Source: Lama glama (lineage: Eukaryota). From it: a stretch of 64,000 nucleotides of DNA. The notes beneath the pieces were generated by a model that saw only the letters and a program-made list of their open reading frames with translations, was not told the origin of the DNA and did not search any database. The number at the start of each line of letters is the position of its first letter. Position 1 is the first letter of the stretch. The stretch is from contig CM052816.1 in the NCBI GenBank assembly GCA_028534125.1, positions 59,088,001 through 59,152,000 on the forward strand, in the 5' to 3' direction. A program made the translations under genes and the position numbers. Shown piece by piece: positions 50,801 through 64,000 of this stretch.

Positions 50801-53800
50801 CATCAAGTTGAAGAAAATATCCTCTATTCCTGAGAGTTTTTTTTAATCATGAATGGGTGTTGTATTTTGTCAGATGCTTTTTCTGCATTTATTGATATAA
50901 TCATGATTTTTGTTTTTTAGCCTGTTGATGTGCTGTAGTGCATTAATTGATTTTTAACCGTTGAATTAGCCTTTCATGCCTGAGATAAATAAATCTCACT
51001 TGGTTGTGGTGTATAACTAGTTTTATTTGTTGAAATTGATTTGCTAATATATTTTTGAGGATTTTTACATCTGTGTTCATGAGAGATATTGGTCTCTAGT
51101 TTTATTTTCTTAGAATATCTGTCTGACTTTGGTGATGCTGGCCTCACAGAATGAGTTAAGAAATATTGTTTCTATCCTCTGAAAGAGATTGTAGAGCATT
51201 GGTATAATTTCTTCCTTAAATGTTTGGTAAAATTAACCAGTAAACTCACTTGAGCCTGGTGCTTTTTCTTTTGGAACATTAGTAATTATTACTTCAATAT
51301 CTTTACTAGATACAGGTCTATTCATATTGTTTATTTCTTCTTGCATGATTTTTGGCACATGGTATCTTTCAAGGAATAGGTCCATTTCATCTAGATTATC
51401 AGATCTGTGGTCATATAGTTGGTCATGGCATTACTTTATTATCCTTTTAATGTCCAAGGGATCTGTAATGATATGCCTTCTTTGATTTCTGATATTAATA
51501 ATTTGTGTCCTCTCTCTTTCTGTTAGCCTGGCTAGAGGCTTATCAATTTTGTTGATCTTTTCAAGGAACAAGCTTTTGATTTTGTTGATTTTCTCTATTT
51601 CCTGTTTTCAATTGTATTAGTTTCTGCTCTAATTTTTATGATTTCTTTTCTTCTGCTTACTTTGGATCCCTTGGATTTAACTTGCTCTTCTTTTTCTGGT
51701 TTCCTAAGGTAGAAAATTAGATTAATGACTTTAGATCATTCTCCTTTTCTAATATATTAATAAGTGCTATAAATTTCTCTCTAAGCCCTACCTTTTCTGC
51801 ATCCTACAGATTTTAAGTTGATCATTTTCATTTAGTTCAAGATATTTAAAAATTTCTCTTGAAGTTTCTTCTTTGACGCATGTGTTATTTGAAAGTGTGT
51901 CATTTAATTTCCATGTATTTTGATGTTTTCCAGTTATCGTTCTGTTATTGATTTCTATTTTAATTCCACTGTGGTCTGGGAACAGACATTGTATAATTTC
52001 TATTCTTTTAAATTTGTTAAGGTGTGTTTCATGGCCCAGAATATGGTCTATCTTTGGATATATGGAATTTAAAAGATTTATCTTCTTGGGACTTTTTCAT
52101 GCACTTTGAATGTGTAGGTTTTAATTTTTTAAATCAATTTAGGTATATGTTCAACCATTTTTTCTTTAAAATTTTTTCTGTCTCTTCCTTTCCCATCTCG
52201 ATCTAGGATTTCAATTACACAAAATTTACATGCTTGATATTGTTCCACGTGTTACTGAGTTCCCATTCATTTTCTTTTGCAGCCTTTCTGTTTTCTGATT
52301 GATTTCACATAGTCTCAATGATCTTTTCTTCTGCAATATCTAATTAGCTCTTAAATCCATTGAATGAATTTTTTCATTCTGATGTCTTGGATCTCTAGAA
52401 TATTTATGGAGCTCCTTTCTATGTTTTTGACTTCCTTTCTCTTTATGTCTTTGCTTTCTCTTAAATTGTTGAGCTTCTATAATAGCTCTTTTAAAGTCCT
52501 TGTCTTTTTTTTAATTGAAATATAGTCAGTTACAATGTCAATTTCTGTTGTACAGCATGTCCCATTCATTCATATACACACATATATTTGTTTTCATATT
52601 GTTTTTCATTAAAGGTTATTATAAGATATTGAATATAGTTCCCTGTGCTATACAGAAGAAGTTTGTTTATTAATCTATTTTTATATATAGTGGTTAATAT
52701 TTGCAAATCTCAAACTCTCAAATTTATCCTTTCTCACCCCCTTTCCTTGGTAACTATAAGATTGTTTACTGTTTGCAAGTCTGTTTCTTTTGTAGATGAG
52801 GCCATTAGTGTCCTCTTTTTTCTTTTCTTTCTTTCTTTTTTTTTTTTTTTTTAGATTCCACTTATGGGTGATATCATACAATATTTTTCTTTCTCTTTCT
52901 GGCTTACTTCACTTAGAATGATGATCTCTAGTTCCATCCATGTTGCTGCAAATGGCATTATTTCATTCTTTTTTATGGCTGAGTAGTGTTCCATTGTGTA
53001 AATATACCACAACTTTATCCAGTCACCTGTTGATGGACATTTAGGTTGCTTCCATGTCTTGGCTATTGTGTATAGTGCTGCTATGAACATTGAGGTGCAT
53101 GTATCTTTTCAAATTAGAGTTTCCTTTGGATATATGCCCAGGAGTAGGATTATTGGATCATTTGGTAAGTCTATTTTTAGTTTTTTGAGGAATCTCCATA
53201 CTGTTTTCCATAATGGCTGCACGAAACTACATTCCCAACAGTTAGAAGGGTTCCCTTTTCTCCACAGCTTCTCCAGCATTTGTCATTTGTGCACTTTTTA
53301 ATGATGGCATTCTCTAAAGTCATTGTCTTCTAATTCCACATCTCTGCCACTTCTGGGTCTATTTCCATTGACTAATATTTTTGCTGATTAGAGGTTATAT
53401 TTTGCTACTTCTTGATGTATCTGGTAATTTTTTATTGGATTTTGGATATTAGGAATGTTACATTATTGAATGTTTTTGTTGTTTTCCTTTAGAGAATGTT
53501 GACATTTGTTTGAGCAGGCAATTATGTTACTTGTGATTTGTTTGATCCTCTTGAGGCCTGTTAAGCTTTTTTAGGGCAGGCCTGGAGTAGCTTTATTATC
53601 GGGCTAGTTTATTCGTACTACTAAGGCTTGGGTTTTCTGTTGTCTTTACTGAATGTTTATTCAATGAGGTCTTTCTGCTCTGCATGTGTCTCAACCCTCT
53701 GTGAGCTCAGAGAAGTGTTCAGTTAGAGGGCCCTTGCAGTTGTTCTTTGCCTATTGTGTTATTCCTTACACGTGTGCAGTTTGGGATTCAGCCTAAGACT

Positions 53801-54150
53801 CAATAAGACTCCTATGCAGATTTCTGGAGCACTTGTTTTGTATAGATCTTCCCTCTCTGGAATGCTTCCCTGAAACTTCCAGATGCCCCTGCCTTTCCAA
53901 GCTCCTCTCTCTCTCTGCTCAACTCAGAGAATTTGTCAAGCTCTACGTGGGCTCTCTTGCCCTGCCCCAAGGTTAGGATATTGGCTCTAGAATGCAAATT
54001 ATGCTCTAAGTGATCACAGATTTGTACTGCCTATTATCTAATACCTGAAGATGGACATTTTATACAATTTTGTCCAATTCTGTAATATTGGTAATGGGAG
54101 GAGGGGTGCAAATACCGTAGTTACTGCTACTTCATGGGTAGAAGCAAAAG
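47900..54150 (-). mobile_element. Antisense old L1 block (L1MC-like 3' end and ORF2 at about 48560-52060; L1M/L1ME ORF1 and 5' remnants)
   Basis: caccagaatggtacatttgttacaactgatgaacctatactgaca (L1MC-type 3' UTR), then long continuous antisense ORF2-like text. Confidence 0.85.
52507..53314 (-). mobile_element. Young 5'-truncated L1 with 15-bp TSD, nested in an old L1
   Basis: [59 protein letters not shown] taaagtc(c/a)ttgtctt at 52492-52506 and 53315-53329. Confidence 0.93.
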
Positions 54151-54239
54151 TCTTTCCCTTTATGATTTTAAAAATGAAGTAAATGGGAAGAACTATTGAA
54201 AAGAAAACAACTCCAGATAATAAAAATAGTAACAGTTAA

Positions 54240-54810
54240 TACTGAATATTAGCTGGAGTCAATGGAAGTAGGCCACATTAAAAAAACTACTGGTTGGTAC
54301 TTAAATATGAACAATTTTTCAGGAAAACATTTTGGCAAAATGGAAAAAAGTGTAAGTATATTCTATTTTTGAACTAGCAATTCTTTCAGGGCTTTATCCA
54401 GAGGAAATAATCAGACATATATAGAAGCATTCATCACAGAATTAATTATAATAAAAAATTTAACCTACAATAAGGAAAAAATTTAACTTAAAAGTCCAAC
54501 AGTATAGAATTGGTGAAATAAATTTGTTGGTGCCTCCACATAATGGCCTACTATTTAACTACAAAAATTTCTTTCTATAAATATAACTTGATATGGGAAA
54601 GTGTTTTAATAATTTTATTAAGTTGAAAAATTAGATTACAAAAAAAGTTTGCTTAGTTTAATCACAACAATATTAATCTATTATAAGTGTGATGTAGAGA
54701 ATACAAAAATATTAACAATAGCTATCTTTGGTTGATGTGATTATAGAAATATTTTCTACTTTGTGCTTTTCTGGGTTTTCCAAATTTTCTACAAAAAACA
54801 AGAATTTATT
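54240..54810 (+). mobile_element. Old L1ME 3' end (likely continuation of the 42.4-47.9 kb element)
   Basis: ttttgaactagcaattct...tttatccagaggaaataatcagaca ... ttttctgggttttccaaattttctacaa. Confidence 0.65.
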
Positions 54811-54899
54811 TTTTAAGTTTTATAATATTATTTAAAAATGCCTTATTAGATGATCTACAATTACATGGTCATTAGAATCTGAATAAAAATGGCTATAAG

Positions 54900-55150
54900 G
54901 GAGACAATACGGTGTAGTGGATAAGAGGACAGGACATGAAACCTAGGATTGAATTTTATTCCACAGTTTGTTAGGTGAATGATCCTGAACAAATTTATAG
55001 TTTCTTGGAAATCTGTTGCCTTACTTGCAAAATGAGGATAAAGTTACTATCTACTTCTTAGGTTTCCTATAGGAATTAAATGAGATATTTTGCATAAACA
55101 TTTAGCATGGCAAGATTCTAGGAATGTCAGTTAATGCATTGTATTATTAC
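54900..55150 (+). mobile_element. MIR SINE
   Basis: ggtgtagtggataagag ... ttgcaaaatgaggata ... aattaaatgagat...catttagca. Confidence 0.7.
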
Positions 55151-55332
55151 TATTATTTTCATTACTCCTACTATTAGTACTACTACTATTACTATTACCA
55201 ATACAATTATTAGAATAAAGAACCTTATGAGGATATAGGAATATTGAAAAATTAAGAGTGCCAAAAAAAGAGAAAGCCAAGAACCAGAGAAACTTTACTA
55301 ATTTCATGGTTTTTCTTATGAGGAGCACTGCT

Positions 55333-55472
55333 TAAAATAAAATAAAATAAAATAAAACCTGAAATGGGAAAATGAGGAATTATTTTCAAGATAATTAAGA
55401 TAAGCACTTATCTTTTAAGATCCTCAAGAGAAAGAGAAATGATACCCTTGCTCAGTTTACAGAGTATCAGGT

Positions 55473-55503
<31 letters not shown>
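55333..55503. repeat. (AAAAT)n at about 55333-55357 and (TTTTG)n at about 55472-55503
   Basis: Pentanucleotide runs directly visible. Confidence 0.85.
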
Positions 55504-55504
<1 letters not shown>

Positions 55505-55689
55505 GACAGAGAATACCACTTTATGTGAGAAAACGGATTCTGGAACTTTCTTTCAGGTATAATACTGACAAGGTACTTGATTACAACATGACTCAGTTTT
55601 CCCACGTCACTTGTTTAAAATTTTTGATAGGTTTTTAAATAAGATATATAAAATGGAAACTTTAAATACATGAGAATCTGAGTGCTGTT

Positions 55690-57110
55690 CTCCACCTTCC
55701 CTGCTATTACCATGGGCTAAGCCACCATCAATCAGCTCTGGTGTCCCTGCTTCCACTCTGCCCCCTCCAAAGTCTGTTTTCTGTCCGATACAGACAGTAA
55801 TAATTTTAAAGCATAAATGAAGTCAAATCAGTGGGAAGCAATTCCAGACTAAGAGAGCCACATGTGCAAAATCTGGGAGGTACAGGACTACAAAGTGTAG
55901 TTGGGAAACTGTAAGAGTTTGGCGTTGCTAGAGCTTCATGTGAAATGTGGGTACCAAGGAAGAGAGAGAGAAGTTGAAGAGGTAGAGAGGGACCATATCC
56001 TTCCACCAAGATGTATGTTTTAGATGATAAAAATCCATTGAACATATTTAAGCAGGGTTGTGACAATCGCAAGTAAGTATTTTAGAAAAAGGGGAACAGA
56101 CTTGGGAGGGAGAAGAGAGAGAAGAAAAGGATGAGATTAGAATTAGTATATTTAAGAACTTAATGTCTAGGATAGCAGTGCACAAGCTTTTTGATCTTAG
56201 CTCACTAAGGTCAAAAGTGACAAGAGATGCCTTAACACATCTATTCTAGGAAATTTGTCTAGTAATAAAAGAGTTTAGAGAAACAAAGATTCTGAATAGA
56301 ACTATATTTTTACTCGATAAGAGAAGAATATGAGTTTAGATACATATGATGTCTATTATCCAATAATTCCGTCTAAACTTATTTGATCATTATATGGCTT
56401 ATTGGGAAGCCTTTCACAGCCAACCAGCAGGCTGAAGATCTTATGTTGAACATCACCAGGTTGTGAAAGAAGTGGTTATTGTGTGGAAAGAGAGGGGAAG
56501 AGATGGGCACGAAATATTAAAGAGGTAGAATTGAAAATACTTGGTGATTAATTGATGTGGGATTTGACAAAGAAGGAGTGAAAGCTGATAACTAGGTTTC
56601 TGGCTTTGATGATCATGTGTGGCCACCAGAGATAGGAATTCAGGAGGCAAATCAGAGGTGGGGAAGTCGGAAATGATGGGTTATGCTTTAGACAGAAGGT
56701 TAAAGGTCTTTTTCATCATCCAAGTGAAAATGTCTAGTCAACAGTGAACTAAAGCATCGGGGAGATATTTGGGCTGGATACGGTAAAATGATCCAGAAAT
56801 TCTCAAACTGTGTGAGTGATGGTACCTTTGCAAGGGGCAGTTTGAAATATGCAAGGGTGTTTCTGTTGGCACAATGACTGGAGTTTGTATTGCTGGCATG
56901 AGTGAGTAGGTATTAAGGGTGCTAACTGCCCTGTAATATACAGGATAGTTGCACACTATGAATTGTCCTGGCCAAAATTCCAATGGTATCCCCATTAGGA
57001 AGTACAGAAACACTTAAGGTAGCATGTAAAGTGAGCAGAGAAGAGGCCATAGCTAGGACAGCGAAGGAGGAACCAGCAACGTAAAACAAGAAGAGGCCAA
57101 GCAGAGTAAT
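55690..57110. mobile_element. L2 fragments with a nested MER20/MER3-like hAT element (about 56794-57005)
   Basis: ggtagaattgaaaatacttggtgattaattgatgtggg...taggtttctggctt (L2); aggatagttgcacactatgaattgtcctggccaaaattccaat (Charlie-type). Confidence 0.6.
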
Positions 57111-57682
57111 CCCTGAAAGTGAAACGGATCGCCTCCTGAATCATTTCTTCTAAGAGTTGCTGAGCCAGCCAAAGGCGAGGAAGTTTGCTGGGGTGCTTTG
57201 AGCTATTTATACTCATTCCTCTAATTATAAAGCGTTTTTTGATCAGAAATAGGACACTTTCTATACCAGAATTAGCATTTGTGGTTCTACCTAGACAATA
57301 GTGACAAATGATTCTTTCATTCCAACAATTACCATACTGCTTAGAACAGAATTTTTAATTTACCCTAACAATGCTACTTTTTATTTGTAATGCCAATATT
57401 TTATAAGAGATTATTTTACCTTGGTTACTGTGGTCTAATTTCATAATTCCCACCTTATTTTACAAATGGAGAAAGAGAATCAAAGTTTAACACAGTTATG
57501 AAGATGTGCACAGAATACAAGAACTTTGAGCTATTCTTACTCTCATCTATGAGATTTCAGATGCTTTCTGCCCCTTGGTTCCCTCTTGCTTCACATAGAT
57601 GGAAAAACCTAAATTTCTAAGGCATTCTGAGCTTATCTGCCATGGGCAGAGTTCTGTCTGAAATTTCTTAATTTGTTTGCAT

Positions 57683-57770
57683 CTCCCTTCCTTCTTCCCT
57701 CCTTCCCTCCCTATTACCCTTCTTTCCATCCTTCCTTTCTTTCTTCCTCCCGTCCTTTCTCCCTTCCACC
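57683..57770. repeat. CT-rich low-complexity tract
   Basis: ctcccttccttcttccctccttccctccc... Confidence 0.8.
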
Positions 57771-59089
57771 ATTTATAACTAGAAAGGATTGAAACCAGTT
57801 TATGAAGATATATGAAATATACAAAACAGCATGTATAAAAAGCAGTGATGAAAGAAAAAGAAACAAGGGAGGAGGTCATTAATTAGAAAGAAGATGTGTT
57901 ATTTAGGAGAAATAAAATAAGGCATTGGGGGAGCAGTGAAGTTGACATCACGGGGGTTCCTAGTAATGAAGGTTGGACCAGGAACTTTAAGGTCCACATG
58001 GATTGTTGATAACCCCGTGATTTTGAACAGTACTGGTACCTGGGAATGTTCTTAGAATAAAAATAAGGACTGGAAGCCACAACCTTCTGATTATTAAATC
58101 CTAACATCCCTAGACCACATAAAGTAGATGAAACTGTCAAATCCAAATCCCTTGCCTAAGGGAAAAGAACAGTTTGCAAGTGTGAGTGGCACCGCCCAAG
58201 GATGGAACAAAGGAGGCCAGGGTGGGTGGGATGTGTGGGGATGGAGTGTGCCCAGCAAAGGCGGGGCTCCCCCAGTGTGAAGGGAGGCTGGGAGGAGCGT
58301 GGAGTATGTTGATTGCAAGAATTCTAAGTTCTTGGCAGCAGCCTTTAGTGTCAGGAGGTCCCATGACAAGACTGCGTTAAGGAGACAAGAAATTGTCTAG
58401 AAGGCAGTCCCCCTCAGGGTAGAGTGGAATATTTAGCGGGCTCTGCAAACTAGGGTGTGGGAAGAGTATGGAGGTGTGGCTTACAGTGAGAGGGGAAAAG
58501 AATCTAACACATTGGTCAAATAACATTCAGCTTGGGTGCGGAGATCCTCTATTAAGAAATATTTACTGTGGCAAGCTGTCACGTCAGAAGGCAAAACAGC
58601 ACAAGTTGCAGAATTCTGGAGCATGTGGAATGCATGTTGCCGGAGTGAATGGTATGTGGCAAATATGTGTTTAGGGCTATAGCATGTCATGAAGCTGCAC
58701 CGTGTCCTTGCTAGTTTGTGGTATGCCACAGGGACACGAGCAGGTGGATGACAGCCCTGCTTGCCTGCATCCCTCGCCTGAAGCTTGCTGCATACCATAC
58801 CCCTCAAACATTTATGTATGGACAGCAACTTTTTGGTTGTCTTCTTCCCCCATGGAATGTGTAACCCGCCAGAAAGACATTGGTTTTGTGGACAAGGCAC
58901 TGCCACCTGACTCTTAAGACAGGAACTAAAGGTTGATTAATAGGTGGCACAGCTGTTGCCTGTGACATGTTTCCCACCCCACATGAGCTCTCTTTCTTGG
59001 TATGCAAATGCCTTGGGTCTGAATTAGTAGGAACGGGTCACAGGACTTAAGGTTTGTAGAACCAAGAGCTGCAGAGATCTACTCATTTG

Positions 59090-59310
59090 AGAGGGAATGC
59101 AGTTAAATGTGTGGGCTCTGAAGTTGGCTGCTTGGACTTAAATCCTTGTGTGATCTCAGGTCTCAGATTCCTCACTTGTAGACTGGAGAAGAGAGTAATA
59201 CTGTCTTTGTAGAGTGGCTCTGAGGATTTAATAAGCTGATACATGAAAAGTGTACTGTAAGTCCCCAGTCCACATCAAATACCCTGCAAATGATAACTAG
59301 TGTTGTTACA
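59090..59310 (+). mobile_element. MIR SINE
   Basis: gtgggctctgaagttggctgcttggacttaaatcc ... ctcagattcctcacttgta ... tgaggattta. Confidence 0.65.
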
Positions 59311-59699
59311 CTTATGGTCATGACGCTCGGCACCAAGGAAAGGCCTGGCCCTTGTGGTAAAACTTCCAGTGCTAAGGCTGTGTTCAGCCCCTATGTCGGC
59401 TTCCCTTTCAGCAGACTCCTGACCCCGCCTTGTTCAATTCAGGCTGCACACTCTGCCCTGCCCATAGTTCTGCTTTATTCCTGGCAAAATAGAAATGGAG
59501 AGAGTCATCCCTTGGGCTTGGGAAGAGTGAGTGGCTAGTGCTGGTCTAGGTCCCTGGGGCCAGAGGCCCAGCTCTTCTGTCCGAGGTGCTGAGTCATGAG
59601 CTGTGGTTGCAAGCCCAGCGGTACCACTGGGTTTGGCATGGCATCTGGGGAGGATTAGGAGATTATGATCAGAACAAGGAATTGCAGCTGATGTTGATA

Positions 59700-59747
59700 A
59701 GCGATTTGGAAGGTACTCAGAGGAGCGATTTGGAAGGTACTGCAGAG
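59700..59747. repeat. 24-bp tandem duplication
   Basis: agcgatttggaaggtactcagagg followed by agcgatttggaaggtactgcagag. Confidence 0.9.
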
Positions 59748-59904
59748 TCAGGGGGTGTGGGCAGAGACAGCCATATAGCAGACAGGGGCATATTTCACGC
59801 AACTCAAAGAGGAGGAGGGCTGCCCTTTTTGTTGTTTCTTTGGGTGCCTAAAGGAAACTGTTGAAAGAATTTTGCTTTTGACATGTGGTGAAATAAAACC
59901 TTTT

Positions 59905-60713
59905 AAAATGTGGAGCAAGGAATCACTCATACACTGCTGGTGGGAAGATAGATGGTAGAGCCACTGTGGAAAAGAGTATGGCAATTTCTTACAAAACTAA
60001 ATGTGCAACTATGATATGACCCAGCTCTTGCATTCTTGGGCATCTATCCCAGAGTAATGAAAATCTATGTTCACACCAAAAACCTGAGCACAAACATTCA
60101 TAGTAGCTGTATTTGTGGCAGCCCCAAATTAGGACCAGCTCAAAAGTCCTTCAACAGTTAGCTGGTTAAACAAACCATGGTACATCCATCCCATGGATAC
60201 TACTCTGCAATATGAAGGAATGAGCTGCTGAGACACACAACAGCCTGAATGAGTCTCCAAAGAATTATGCTGAGTTAAAAAGGTTACATATAGGTTACAT
60301 ATAATTTCATGCATATGACATTCTTGAAATAACAAACTAACAGAGATGGAGAACAGGTTAGCGGTAGTCAGGGGATGTGGGGTGGGGGTGAGATTTGGCT
60401 ATAAAATGATGCCTTGAGGAATACTTGCAATGAAACTGTTCTGATGCTTAACTGTGGTGGTGGTCACAAGGATCTACACATGTGATAACATTGCATGGAA
60501 AGAAATACACAGACCTACAGATGAGTACGTGTAAACTGGTGAAATCTGAATAAGGTTGATGTATTGTTTGTCAGTATCCTGGTTTTGATATTGAACTATA
60601 TAGTTTTGCAAGATATTACTACTGGGGGAACTGGGTAAGGGGATATGGCATCTCTCTTTTATTTCTTACAACTGCATGTTAATCTACAGTTTTCTCAAAA
60701 TGAAAAGTTTTTA
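59905..60713 (+). mobile_element. L1MC-like 3' fragment with probable TSD
   Basis: tcatacactgctggtggga ... atttcttacaactgcatgttaatctaca. aaaatgtgg occurs at 59905-59913 and 60714-60722. Confidence 0.85.
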
Positions 60714-61949
60714 AAAATGTGGGACAAGCCCTTAAGGTGCCCCTTCTTCCTGGAACACTGATGTTGTTAAAGGGATTTTGTAAAATGTATTCCACATTGG
60801 TTTACAAAAGTGAAGTTCTGTTAAGAGAATGGCCAGAACAAATCCTTGGTCTGGGGGGAGCTGAGGCTAAAGGGAGTTGCCAGCTCCAACCCCACTGGTA
60901 AACCAGAGTGGATGTTTGCACTTTTCTTCCCTGTTGGTATCCAGGGACATAAATAAACACCTCCTATCTTAATTAAGACTGGACTAGAAGTCAACAAATC
61001 AAGACACATGCGTGGCTGCAATAGAACTTGAACTGTCTTTACAAAAGTACCTCCAACGGCAAGATAAATGTTGCCTTCCCCATGCTGAGGGGTGAGTGAC
61101 TCCATGAATCCCTGAGAGAAACCGTCTGGTGACCTGAAGGCTGATGATACTGCCAGGTTGGATGGATGAGCCCAGAACTCCCAGGGATAGTGGTTTAAAA
61201 GTTAAGGAAATGGAGGGTGAATGTTCTTGAGTGGGGTCTCTGGAAAGAAGACCTAAAGCTGGACTTGTAAAACATTAACATGTATATAAATCACCAGTTA
61301 AACTGCATAGTATGAATCAACAAATCTCCAGTGGGGCCTGAGAGTCCAAATTTCTTAAAGCTCCCAGGCGATACTACTGTTGTGGGGCCAAACATTAAGC
61401 CATGAGGATCTAATTTAGCCATACTTTTAAGAGGAAGGCCTATCAGAAGAGAAAAAAAGATAGGGGGGCAGGGAAAGGATGGGAGTGAAGAAGGGAGATG
61501 GCAGAGCCCTCTGGTGAGCTGTTGGAGGTAGGAGCTCTCCTCAGAGAAGTTCAACCAGGATCAAGTTCCTTGAGAAATGTTCTGTGAGAAATGGCTTAAT
61601 GTTTTACCCTTCCGATGGTGTTTTTACAGATGTCTTCAATGTCTTAAAGCAAAAAAAGGTCTTGTGGTGGAGCTTTTAGAGACTACAAGAGTTAGAGTAT
61701 AGAAATGTATTTGAGAAGATTTTTCCAGAGTTCTTCCAACCACATCCCCTCTGTCAAAATTAGTGCAGAGTTGAGAGGTCAGATCAGAGCAAACCGCATT
61801 GTCCCTTAAGCCTGAGTGGAGGCAGAGAGGTGGAGATAAGCTCTTCCTCTGGCCATGCCCTGATGTCTGCAAACAGCTCATGGGTGATTATTCTAGGTTC
61901 TCTTTGGTGGTGTCCTATTGGTGATGTTTCTGCTAGAAATGAGGAATGA

Positions 61950-62449
61950 NNNNNNNNNNNNNNNNNNNNNNNNNNNNNNNNNNNNNNNNNNNNNNNNNNN
62001 NNNNNNNNNNNNNNNNNNNNNNNNNNNNNNNNNNNNNNNNNNNNNNNNNNNNNNNNNNNNNNNNNNNNNNNNNNNNNNNNNNNNNNNNNNNNNNNNNNNN
62101 NNNNNNNNNNNNNNNNNNNNNNNNNNNNNNNNNNNNNNNNNNNNNNNNNNNNNNNNNNNNNNNNNNNNNNNNNNNNNNNNNNNNNNNNNNNNNNNNNNNN
62201 NNNNNNNNNNNNNNNNNNNNNNNNNNNNNNNNNNNNNNNNNNNNNNNNNNNNNNNNNNNNNNNNNNNNNNNNNNNNNNNNNNNNNNNNNNNNNNNNNNNN
62301 NNNNNNNNNNNNNNNNNNNNNNNNNNNNNNNNNNNNNNNNNNNNNNNNNNNNNNNNNNNNNNNNNNNNNNNNNNNNNNNNNNNNNNNNNNNNNNNNNNNN
62401 NNNNNNNNNNNNNNNNNNNNNNNNNNNNNNNNNNNNNNNNNNNNNNNNN
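61950..62449. other. Assembly gap (500 N)
   Basis: Run of N. Confidence 1.
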
Positions 62450-62939
62450 AACACTTTTGCAGCCTGATTTGGGAGTTTCTAAAAATGTTTTGTACAGAGC
62501 CAGACTTTGTAAGGGGGCCAACCAACAATGAAAACCCCACTTAGCTAAGGGAAGAATTGTTGGGGCTTGTCCCCTGATGGGAAAGGCCACTCCCTCCTCT
62601 TCCAATCCCTTCCAAGAACCTTAAAACTGAAAGGGCCTTTTATGTTTCTGATAAATGGTTTGGCAGACACTGAGAGCTTTGGAATCGTATCCTACCTGAC
62701 TTGCCTTCCACTAATCCCCTCTCCCCTCCATCAAAATATGTTGTGTCTCTTGGCAACATAGCTTGAGGAATGAACGGTGTCTTGGAAAGGTTAATATTCT
62801 AGAGGTCACTTCTGGGTCCTCATCCTGGTTTTGCTGTTAACTAGTCCTGTGGTGGAAAAAAATCCTCTTATCCCCGAGTCTCAGTTTCTAAACATATGAA
62901 CCAATTGGTGTCGGCGAGTCTGCTTCGATGCCTCCTAAA

Positions 62940-63460
62940 CTGAATGTTGGTGTTCTATTATTCAGTTATTATTAAAGCCACTTTAATGCGTCACCGCTCA
63001 GCCTAGCCATAGCTAAGTCACTGTCAGAGGTCAGAGGAAGTGGCTGTGGGCAGTGTTATGCTGCTGTGTTGTCATTAGTAAGCATAGTGAAGAATCGGCA
63101 AACATGAACCAGCAGAACCTCAGTTTCTCCCTCTGCTCTCTCACCTGCCATCATTTACGAGGTCAGCTTTCTCCCTCCACCCCTCACCCACCCATCCTCT
63201 TCCACCCACAAATTCATCCAAAAACTTTTGCCTAGAGGGGAATTCAGGACTTAGTTCTTTAATGGTCAGAATTGTGCTGGGTCAAGACTTTTAACTGTGT
63301 ATTTAATTAGTCATCTGTATGCATGTAACTTAAAGGCGTTCAGCTGTGCCTTTTTATAGGATTAATAAAGCGGGTTGTAAATCACCTATGCAGCCTATAA
63401 AAGTATTTATAGCAGCTTTTCTCTCCCTTTGCCATTACAGAAGCTTTGTTTGAACTAGCT
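62940..63460. promoter_or_regulatory. Candidate enhancer / conserved non-coding element
   Basis: Repeat-free, with TTAATTAG, GGATTAATAAA, GTAAATCA (reverse complement TGATTTAC), TTTACGA, CAGCTG and several CpGs. Confidence 0.3.
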
Positions 63461-64000
63461 GAGGTTTGCATGGGGATAGTGCTACCCAGTTTTAGGAGGA
63501 AAGCGTTAACAGTCCCTTCCTGGCAAACCACAACCCCATCATTAGGCAATGCAAAATGTGCTGAAATGTTAAGCTCCAGCAAGGACGTTCCAAGGCGTTA
63601 TTGCCAACAGCAAGCCTTCTGTGTTAATGAAAATCAAAATACAAAAAAGCCAGTCAACTGCAGGCACAAAACTTAAGCCGAACTTGAGAAATATGACCAG
63701 AGCTGGAATGCCATGGCTTCTTGACTTCTATAAACCTTAACAGGATTTGGCAAGCCCTTCTCCAAGCCCATGCATTTGCACCGGCCAAACACCTTTTGGA
63801 ACCACCTCAGCCAATTCCACATATCACTGAGTCTGCAGAGGAACAAGCCACCTTTTGTCTGATAGATGTTCAGAGCTGTCATGGGTAAAGTAAACAGTTA
63901 CCAGAACCCCTTCTCTGTGTCAGCAGGAGATTCATTTCTCACACCCTTCTCTCCAGCCTACCCAAGAAAGGATCTCTAAGAAGAGAACTAGACCTCTGTG

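Noticed and set aside
61784..62605. Long ORFs of 173-273 aa
   Set aside because: N-gap artefacts.
63440..63676. Acceptor-like site followed by a 76-aa ORF
   Set aside because: No recognisable protein and no clear donor. Expected by chance.
1..64000. CRISPR array, operon or other prokaryotic system
   Set aside because: The sequence is mammalian repeat-rich DNA with no regularly spaced repeats and no gene-dense coding.

Overview
Mammalian non-coding, repeat-rich DNA, intronic or intergenic. It is most likely camelid, inferred from three tRNA-derived SINEs resembling Vic-1 and several similar young L1 3' ends. I could not support any protein-coding exon, RNA gene or CpG-island promoter. The listed ORFs are chance frames, decayed L1 ORF2 or N-gap artefacts. 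The window is mostly a layered transposon record: L1 (a dense nested block at about 37.5-54.8 kb), L2, MIR, CR1/L3, MaLR/ERVL solo LTRs, and hAT, Tigger, mariner and piggyBac fossils. It has two 500-N gaps. The most notable items are a piggyBac (Looper-like) transposase fossil with readable motifs at 14.4-15.6 kb, colinear CR1 reverse-transcriptase remnants at 5.8-9.8 kb, a twin-primed inverted L1 at 21.4-23.2 kb, an unexplained CpG-retaining segment with weak pogo/Tc2-like resemblance at 29.1-29.6 kb, and several repeat-free, homeodomain-motif-rich enhancer candidates. I found no convincing new biological system. Repeat family names come from recall of consensus sequences, not a database search, and most boundaries are approximate.
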